Below, in pieces: positions 54,583 to 64,000 of a DNA stretch of 64,000 bases (positions within the stretch are counted from its first letter, which is position 1; the number at the start of each line of letters is the position of its first letter). The translations under genes were made by a program, and so were the position numbers. Source of the stretch: Octopus vulgaris (Eukaryota). The DNA is taken from the NCBI GenBank assembly GCA_951406725.2, contig OX597817.1, forward strand, positions 38,192,001 through 38,256,000, read 5' to 3'. The notes below the pieces were generated by a model. The model ran no database searches and was not told the DNA's origin. It was given only the letters and a program-made list of their open reading frames with translations.

Positions 54583-56353
54583 CCAAAGAATTAATAAAAC
54601 TCTTAGCTCTACAGATTACATTATTTCCCATTAGGTTACACCTAGAAAGAATCATCCGGAGAAAATTTCGCTTTTAACAACTGCATAAACTTTTAGGTTG
54701 ATATCGCCATCATTTCTCAGATAGACTTTTTATGTCAACAGTGTCTATCATTAATTACTTTTAGGAAAGAGAGTGGCCTAATAGAAATAGTCTCCACCGA
54801 CCACTTCAAATTTTTAGATCAGTAAAAATATTAAGGATCTTTCATGAAAGTCCAGTATTCTTCATAGCACATAGCACTAAAATTCTCCAAAAAGACTTTG
54901 ACTCTCTACAGTCAGAGCCGCGTTATGGCATAAGTATACGGTGCAGTTGTCCAGTCGGGTCTAGGGGCCCAATATCAAACTATGTCAACTTGGCTTGCTG
55001 TTAAGACCTCCAGATAGAGAAAAATTGGAGCGAGGTTACGAGCAGAGTGACGTCCATAACTTAGACATAGTCTGGGCGGAGGCTATCCCAGAAAGGGAGG
55101 GCGGAGGTAGCAAATGTGTTTATCGCATCTGTCATTACATACCACCTAACCGTCGTGCCGTACTCTGATTCGTGGCTAAACAAGTTGGAACGCATAGTCT
55201 TTCACTTCTTGTGAGAGGGCAGGTGCCTCTTGTAAGGCGCTCTATCTGCTGCCAACAGCCGCTAAAGGGTGGGTTAGGGGTGCCGTGGTCAAAGATGCGC
55301 AGGCATGCGCTGAGGTAGAGGCGTCTCTGGCTCTACCTGGACGGTGAACGGGAGTGGTCTCCGTTCGTTGATGAGATATTTCCCAGGCTCACCTCTTTTG
55401 GTGAACTGGAAAGCTGGATGAGGCGTAGACAAAGGCTGGGAGCTTGGCAAGCAGAGTGTCGACAGGCGCTCGTACTTCTCTCCCGAACGAGCAATGCCGG
55501 TGGAGGGGGTACCACCTCGGCGTACTATAGAGGCTGGTAGAGGGCAAATGTGATGACGGTTTGGGGGAGACTCTGGGTTTCAATGAAAGTCAGCTTGCCA
55601 ACCTGCATCGAAGGACTTTCGGCCTGGGACCTATGGGCAACTTCCAGAAGTACCTGGCTTGGCTGTGCTTCCGAAGTGCCTTGCCAGTTCGGAATAAACT
55701 TGCGAGGCATGATGTCACGGTTTCGCCTAGGTGCCCACGTTGCGGGCAGAGCAACTAAACTGTTCTGCATGCAATCTTACGGTGTCCAAGCCTCTCGGAC
55801 CTGTGGTTTTCTACCAAAAGGGTACTGTCACAGCTGGGGAGAGTACAGCTGCCTGCCGAATCGATTATTAAGATCGTTCCGCTGTCTCCGCTAAAAGGAG
55901 AAGGGAACTTCTGGTTTCTAGCAGTTATAGCTATAGCGAAAGAGGTGATATGGAAGACGCGTGGAAGAGGTATCGCATCAGGCACCCACGTCTCCGGGCA
56001 TGCTTTAGTGAGCCTCTTTTTAAATCACCTAAGAGGAAAAGCGTGTCTGTAGAAGAAATGCCTGGCGTCAAAAAAGTACGAAAGAAGTCCCCAAAGAATT
56101 AATAAAACTCTTAGCTCTACAGATTACATCCGAGGATTCGGAACCAAACAACGTATAACTGCTTTGCTATCCCACTTCCCTTTATTTTGCGCCAAATTAC
56201 TTCCCATTAGGTTACACCTAGAAAGAATCATCCGGAGAAAATTTCGCTTTTAACTACTGCATAAACTTTTAGGTTGATATCGCCATCATTTCTCAGATAG
56301 ACTTTTTATACCAACAATGTCTATCATTAATTACTTTTAGGAAAGAGAGTGGC
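54583..56353 (+). repeat. Direct repeat (54583-54777 and 56091-56353) bracketing the Tx1 fragment
   Basis: Near-identical copies; the second carries an extra ~68 bp (about 56130-56197). Confidence 0.9.
54965..56088 (+). mobile_element. L1/Tx1-clade ORF2 C-terminal fragment (zf-RVT region)
   Basis: DLQIEKNWSEV..RRLSQKGRAEVANVFIASVITY; KGGLGVP; LAWLCFRSALPVRNKL..CPRCGQSN.TVLHAILRCP; AIAKEVIWKTR. Confidence 0.85.
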
Positions 56354-56677
56354 TAGTGCTCTGCTCTTCTTTTTCTTCGTTTCTCGCAATTTAGACTCTA
56401 GCCCATCCTCTATATCTCTATCTCTCTGTAAACACTACATAAAATGTGAAGATTTAGGTAAAATTTATTCCAAACATATATTTGTGGTCTTATCATTTAA
56501 ATATTAATACGTGTACGTATGGTAATCAATGTCGTATATGCTATTTAGTCAACCAATCAATCAGTTAATCAATCAATATGCATATATAAACGTTCACACG
56601 CGCACACATGCACACACACATACACACACATATACACACATATACACACACACATACACACACATATACATACACAC

Positions 56678-56824
<147 letters not shown>

Positions 56825-58210
56825 CAACCACATACACACATTTTATATAATTAAATAATTAACTATATAATCCAAATCATGTACAGACTTGATATTCTAA
56901 AATTAAACTGCACGACTCAATCTGTTAATTATTTTAATGTAATAAATTCAAACAAACAAACAAACCTAGCCAGCGTCACTGTCGTCGTCGTCGTCATCGT
57001 CTCCATCTGCTCAAAGTCCTCCTCTCCACCCAGCAACATATCAACATATTTAATGCTATCACTACCAACAACACGACCATCAAAACTAAAATCACCGTTA
57101 TCACCGCTACCATCACCATCACCGCCGCCGCCACCACCACCACCGGCATCATCATCATCTTTAACATCGTCATCACAAATAACTTCGTGCCATTATCACT
57201 TACATGTATGAATTTCAGATAAAGTATGAATCAAAACAGCAACAACTAACTTCAACAGCTGGAATCCTCTTGAAACCAAGATGGGCCAAGCAAGCTCATT
57301 AGATGTGTACCTTATTGTTATATCCATCTTAATATTATAACTTTCCTTTCGTCCGTTCATATGACCTTTATCTTATTATTAACTCATATTACGTTAAACT
57401 GTTTCCTATTAAACGTACTTTGCACCAGATACACATCTTGTTCGGATGTTTCAATGTGTGTATACATCTCACGAGGAGCACGTCTTAGTAATATGCGCCA
57501 TGCTTTCACTAATCGCTTTAGGTTCCTATATAGTCACAACTGGTATAGGTACCCCCACGAGTCACTTACCCTTGACCAAGTGAACATACAGAATGTAACA
57601 GCTAGAGGAAGAGCGAAAGCTGAACTAGCACCCGACTGCTACTCAATAACAGCTAAGTAGAATGGAGCAGTATGAAGCACCTTGGTCAAGAGTACAAGGC
57701 AAGAAATAGAACCAACGACCATATAATCGTGAACTGGTGATGATTGCTGTTGGATTATGGTTGTCTCAGTCTCTGTTGTACCATTAGTGTCGTAGCTGAT
57801 TGCACTGAAAAGCGGGCTCAATGCTGTGCAACACTTTATCCATTCAAAACAATTTACACACAGGAACATCTTGGACACTTCGAACGTTCGCTCGAGGCTG
57901 ATGAAGGGGATTTTTCCTTGTGTAGTTGTCTTGTACTCTGTTTTTTCGTTGTTAAAGGAATGGTCCGTTCCATGCTGTTTTTACGTTTTCGTTTCTCGTT
58001 GAGTTCTACGTCTATTTGTGGTGTCCTGTACACACGTATATATATTTATATATGCATGTATATATACATGTAGATGTAGGTACGTACATATATGTTTGTA
58101 TGTATGCATATATTTTATTTATTACACTATTGTATGACTGAGCGCCTTCGCGTCGATTCGATTGGTTTCGTTTCGTTTCTTCTTCTTCTCTAAGCTGGTT
58201 TATATATATA

Positions 58211-58577
58211 CTAGCAGTATCGCCCGGCGTTGCTCAGGTTTGTAAGGGAAATAACTATAAAGCATTTTTAGAGAGTTATAGCCAAAAAATAGCAAAAAAC
58301 TGGAAAAAAAATGATGGTAAATTATTTTTGAGAGTTAAAAAAGGTGGAGTTGCGTCCCCTAGACGGTCTGTGATTTGGGTTTCTGATTCTCGACCCCATG
58401 TCGAATTTATCGATTTTTTTCAGAACTGGGGGAACTTTTCAAAATTTTCGCTGCGTTAGTTTTGAATTATGACATTGGGCTATGTGTGTGTCAAGTTTCA
58501 TCAGAATCGGTTGAAAGCCGTGGTCAGAGTGAGGGTACGAGAAAACAGACACACAGAAAACGCACAGACAAACTGCC

Positions 58578-58590
<13 letters not shown>
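58211..58590 (-). mobile_element. Non-autonomous Helitron (same 5' family as 23975-24364)
   Basis: Reverse-complement 3' end cctgagcaacgccgggcgatactgCTAG|T. 5' part near-identical to 23975-24170. Confidence 0.85.
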
Positions 58591-58618
<28 letters not shown>

Positions 58619-59099
58619 TGGCAGAGGAAATTAGACGATTATGCGCCGTTCGAACAGTCCTCGCGATACCTACAGTATGTGTGTATGTACTCTGCGCTCC
58701 TCCTACATCATTATAAGCATCCTTAGTCACACTTAGTGACTATTGAATTTTTCTGTTATGGTATCACATTGCCCTTCGCTGTTTATATAAATTTATATAT
58801 ATATATGAATGTAGAAAGAACACGTAAACGTACTCAATGCAAACAAGTACATGATAGACCACTCTGATTATTTTGCATGGAACACTTTGTTTGCTATTTT
58901 GTATTATAGCCAATGAAATGGAAATTATTTCTGCACCGCTATCTCTACCATCAAACCAATTAACCAAATAATTCAGTTTTTACGACTCTTAAACACAATT
59001 ACGGCCCATTTTTGCCAGAGATAGAAGTAAGTACACTTATTTTATTGTATATTATCATGATATACATTAATTGTAAAAGTCAATATTTTGTAGCATAAT

Positions 59100-59760
59100 T
59101 CTTTATTTTAAGGTATATTCCCTTCTAATTTAATACATTCTTCCAATTAAAATGTCTTCCAAGGCAAATTGGTGATTGCAATCAAATGTTACATATTTTG
59201 GTGAGTTTGATATCGAACATCACGCTTAATTAAACGCTATAACTTTTATATGCAATTTAAATCCAGTTTAATGAACTGACCAACTGACTGCATTCCATTA
59301 TTTAGTCCTTTTTAAAAAAAAAAAAAAAGATTTTTGCACTCATCCAATCTTTGACCGACATTGCAGAACAGTATTAAGTGCTATCATGAACAAGTTGCCA
59401 ATTTAATGACATTTTCATCAACACATATTTTCCAAGATCTCAACATAACTATACTCGTTCATTCTACTTTCAACTGGAACAAGAGAACCAGTATTCACGG
59501 CCGAGGACTGCCCCCAAACATCACTGAACTTCTGATATATCTCATAAATTTGGGCAGGGAACACCTTTTAATTGAATCCATTTTGCATTCGGTTTCAGGC
59601 ATAAGTCTTGCCTTTGATACGATGACGGTGAATTGGCTTTTGTAAGAAATAATTTTGCACCAATCTAAGATAGATATTTATATAGGAATTCCAGACATTG
59701 GCGAAGACTAATGATTGAGATGAGCAGACCGTATCTAGCATTTCGACCTTTGAATTCTAA
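59100..59760 (-). mobile_element. Tc1-like DDE transposase remnant
   Basis: SSVMFGG..AVNTGSLVPVESRMNEYSYVEILE (cf. GGSVMVWG..GTG.L..VEG.MN...Y..ILE); VHDST..SAMSVKDW (cf. QDNAP.H...VK.W); a degenerate SPDLNPIENLW-like segment. Confidence 0.65.
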
Positions 59761-60606
59761 TTGATGGAATCAGCAATACACACAGCACGTGGAGATGGAC
59801 TGACCAAAGGTGTTGATCTCGGAGGAGAACTGTAGTTTTTCTTTCTGTAGATTACTAATGAAAGACGAATTCCTATCTATACTGCCGTCCGCTTTCAGAC
59901 TAGATTTAAGTTATTTCAGCATATATGTTTCCATTCGTACCAAACATTAACACAAGCACCAGAACTGCATTTTATCATGTTTTTTTTTTATGGTGGACAG
60001 AAAGACATTTTTAACTTCCTCAACTTGGTTGTTCTAGTACAATTAGTTGGACTCAGCTATCATTTTATCCTCCGGAAATATGATGAATACAGAAACACAA
60101 TCATGATTAATAAGGTAGTAAATTCTATATATCCAAAATTTACTAGATATGAAGAAAATAACCCCTAAAAGTTACTTCTACATCAAATGAAAATTGGCCT
60201 TAATTGCCTTTAAGTTCCATAAAAGACTTCCTGGTTGTAAACCATTCAACATATAGTCGAAGCCATGAACATACGTCCCTGTAATTTAACAACTAGGAAG
60301 AATTGACCACGAATATAACGCAAAGAAAATATGGAATATTTACCATAATTCAGTTCATGCGTGATATCTAAATATTTCAGTGACTATTCATTTTGTCAGC
60401 TGCTGTTGAACTGGAGACAGCAAATCATTTACCCATGCAATATAGAGTAGTTGTTTACATCCAAGTGGTTAGGATAAAAATTGATCAGCAACAAAAGAAC
60501 TGGTCACTGCATATATCACATACAAATAACTATTTTGGAAATTTAATGAAAAATCCTCCACAGTATTCTACTGGAGAATATCATAAATTAGAATATACAT
60601 TCATAC

Positions 60607-60765
60607 ACGCGCAGGTGTGACTGCCTGGTAAGAAGCTTGCTTTCCAAGCACATGGTTCTAGGTTCAGTCCCACTGCGTGGAACCTTGGGTAAGGGTCTTC
60701 TACAGCTTCAGGCTGACCAAAGCCTCGTGGGTGGATTTGGTAGACGGAAGCTGACAGAAGCCCAA

Positions 60766-60806
<41 letters not shown>

Positions 60807-60885
60807 GTTTGTTCGACTTTGAAGTTGATACCCCAGCATGGCCGCAGTGAAATGACTGAAACGAGTAAAAGAATAAAAGAAAAGA
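60607..60885 (+). mobile_element. SINE family B (internally deleted); another fragment at 61060-61160
   Basis: cgcgcaggtgtgactgcctggtaagaag..ggttcagtcccactgcgtgg..ggatttggtagacggaa..ccagcatggccgcagt.aaatgactgaaac. Confidence 0.8.
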
Positions 60886-61199
60886 ATACATGCTAGGAGC
60901 TGACCTAAGAGGCACACATAACATAGAGAGTATACGTTTAGTTTAACTAAAGGAAATATTTACTTTCTAAGAGTGCAGAATGATTCAACAGGTAGTTGAT
61001 GTTATGACTATTTGTGTATATAGAGTTCCTAAGACAGCCAATTATCCCAGGTCAGTAGAATCATTTGGGTAAATGTCTTCTACTACAGCCTCGGGCCGAC
61101 CGAAGCCACATAAGTGGATTTGGTAGACGGAAACTGAAAGAATCCCGTCATACACACACACATTTAAGTATCTCTGTAGTGGCATTTTAGCGCAAGCTG

Positions 61200-62245
61200 T
61201 CTTATAGCAGGGGCTTGAAATTTTCTTGCAGTAGCATATTGTTTTTTTCAGTACATTTATAGATGGCATCTAGGTCTTTCAGTAGAAGATTTCCATTGAA
61301 TAGTTCCTTGACGGCTTTTACCACTTCTGAGTCGTTTGTGTAGCTAGTGTGACTGTCTGTGTAACTGATGGCATGTCCAAGAGCTATCGTAAACAGCAGC
61401 GACTCCAAGACAGTTCCATGAGGCACTCCAATCGTTATTACTGACTCCATGGAGAGGGCCCCTTTAGCAGCCACCACGTGAAGTATGTAACCACTCATAG
61501 TTTTCCGACACTGCCGAGTCTCCGTAGCTTGTGACATATCATCCTGTGATCAACGTCATCAAAGACATTTGCAAGGGAACAAGCCATTATTTTCTAGGAA
61601 TGTGATCAGCTTCCTCCTGAGTTTGAGTTCCATGATTTAGCAGGCATGTGAGGTTAGCGAAACAAGCCTACCATTTTTAACATCCGCTCTGCTACTTCCT
61701 TTATTGATAGGACATGTTATGCCTTCCTTTGACTTTCTGGGAAGCTTCTCATTTTCAAAGAGGTTTTGGAAGAGGATATGTAGTGGTTTTGCTTGCATTT
61801 CTTTGGGAGGATTGTTGAGACTCCTTCAGGGCCTGTGGCTGAGTTTAAGCTCATTTCATTAGTTTCTTCTATTTCTGTGTAATGGATAATCGCTATGTCT
61901 TCTAGTGTAAAGCTGTGGTGCTAAAGAACTCATCAGCCATAATTATTTGCAAGTGTCACTACGGAGGTGTGAAAACACTTTTGTATTGAACATTCAATAT
62001 TTCACTTGTCCACTGGGGTTTGCAATCAGTGAGCAATTTTCTTCGAATATTGGCCCTATCTTGTACCGTACAGAAGCAGACACTTTTGCAAATCTATAGA
62101 AGGCTTTAGGGTTTGTCTTTACATTTCTTATAGCCTTCTCTTCTGTCCTTACAGTCTTCTTTTTCTGTCCTCTTCTTTTCATGGTTCAAGTTCACTTTCA
62201 ATCTCAAGCAATGTTTATTTGAGATAGGATTTTTCACTGTCTTTG
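61200..62245 (-). mobile_element. CR1-clade LINE RT fragment (decayed)
   Basis: EEKAIRNVKTNPKAFYRFAK..KIGP; SATGPEGV; KPLHILFQ; GVPHGTVLESLLF; YTNDS..DLDAIYK. Confidence 0.8.
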
Positions 62246-62279
62246 ACTATCACATCACTATTCTTTACTGGACCAGTAT

Positions 62280-62520
62280 ATCTTTTACCTGTTTCAATCA
62301 TTAGACTGCGACAACGCTGGGACACCACCTTGAAGAATTTTAGTCGAATGAATCGACCCCAGTACTTTTCTCAAAATTCTGATACTGATTCTATCGATAT
62401 CCTTGACCGAACCGCTAGGTTACGGGGAGAGAAACACACAAACACCGGTTTCAAGCGCGCAGGTGGCAAACATATACACAAACAAATACACACATACACA
62501 TATATACGATGGACTTCTAT
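62280..62520 (-). mobile_element. SINE family B, 3' half
   Basis: ttttacctgtttcaatcattagactgcg..gaccccagtact..gaaccgctaggttacgggg. Confidence 0.75.
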
Positions 62521-62575
62521 ATAAATGCATGCATGTGTGTATGTATATATATATATATATACATGTGTATGTATT

Positions 62576-62635
<60 letters not shown>

Positions 62636-63664
62636 CGTATGTATTTATGTATACATGTATGCAATGCATATATATATATATATATTAATTTTGTATATGT
62701 GCCTCTGTGCGGAAATGTGTGTGTGTAATATACGCTTGTAAGTGTATGATGTATTTTTAGAACGCATAAATATTCACAGATGGGCACATAAGGATATGGG
62801 GAATGATAAATACTAGTACATAGCAACAACCAGATATTTACGTACAAACATACATACATATTTACAAAAGAGTGCATAGGATATTTTAATTGATAAAAGC
62901 AATCAATTCTCTTTTTAATTTAATTTATAGCTAACATGTTTAACAGTAGCACTTCATTGTCGCCGACGAAAGAGATGGGGGGAGAGACTCACACAGAAGT
63001 AAGCAGAAGAGGAGAGAGAGAGAGAAAGTGAGTTAGAAATAGAGAGAGGAAGAGAGAGAGAGAGAAGGTGAGAGACAGAGACAGGCAGATCTGTTACAAA
63101 TACACGTGTGCATTAGTTACAATATTGTATTTGGTTTCTTGCAAACGCCGAAATATTGTGGAATGTTGCCAAACTGCCGTCACTTTTAGTATATCCTGAC
63201 CAACAGACTTAAAAACTTCTTGAACAGATCTCGTCCTGTCCTGGTCGATTTACTATTTACTAGCATCTGTAGAGGATAAATTGAAAAATTTTCGCTCTAA
63301 ATGGCCGCCCTAGCACGTATACATTTGATAAGTGTAAATATGTCTGACTGTTTCTGAGAATATGCTCATTTTCATGCATTTTAGGGTGTAATGTTAAACA
63401 TATGCTTAATGTTTCTCTTATCACCACTTCTGCAAGTACGGCGAAATCTATGATTTACTGAGGCGACGCAATACGACCGAAATATTTTGGAGTTGTCTTT
63501 CGTACCAGCCCGAAATCATTAAAATATTATTAGTCATTGAGCTTGTTTTATCTTTCCTTGACATATAATTATTTACGATTGCCTATTGTGTTTAACGTTC
63601 ATTGTACTAAATATGAGTTATCTTATATATATGTAGTATATGTATAAGCATATATATACATATA

Positions 63665-64000
63665 TGGCACAGACGTAGCTGTGTGGTTCCAGGTTCAGTC
63701 CCACGGCATGGCACCTTACGTAACTGTCTTCTATAGCCTCGGGCTGACAAAAGCCTTGTGAGTGGATGTGGTAGACGGTAAATGAAAGAAGCTCGACGTA
63801 TGTGTGTGTGTGTGTGAATGTGTCTGCGTCTTGGTGTCTGTATTTGTGCGCCCATCACCGCTTGACAACCGGTGTTGGTGTGTTCACGTCTCCTTAACTT
63901 AGTGGTTCTTCAAAAATGTCCGAAAGAATAAGTACTAGGCTTATGAAATAAGTCCCGCGGTCGATTTGTTCGACTAAAAACCTTGAAGGTGATGCTCCAG
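63665..64000 (+). mobile_element. SINE family B, truncated by the window end
   Basis: ggttcagtcccacggcatggcacc..aagccttgtgagtggatgtggtagacgg..gcttgacaaccggtgttggtgtg..gaataagtactaggc. Confidence 0.8.

Overview
This is an AT-rich, microsatellite-saturated eukaryotic window. I found no host gene exon that I can support. The SINE families and the (CA)n/(TA)n/(CATA)n/(TAA)n landscape suggest a cephalopod, probably Octopus; this is inferred from repeat content alone. Almost all ORF-track entries are translations of simple repeats. Everything with recognisable coding signal is a decayed transposon: RTE/BovB and RTE-X LINEs, L1/Tx1, CR1, R4/Dong-type RLE retroelements stacked in (TAA)n tracts, a Penelope-like element (RT tail + GIY-YIG), three Helitron RepHel fragments plus non-autonomous Helitrons, a Tc1 fragment and many tRNA-derived SINEs. 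The most striking unannotated signal is RNA-structural. At least eight minimal type-I hammerhead ribozyme motifs sit in Penelope-type termini or short non-coding elements. Between them they show all four Watson-Crick combinations at catalytic-core pair 3-8 (C-G, U-A, G-C, A-U), plus an A6U variant. Folds were read by eye and element boundaries are approximate.
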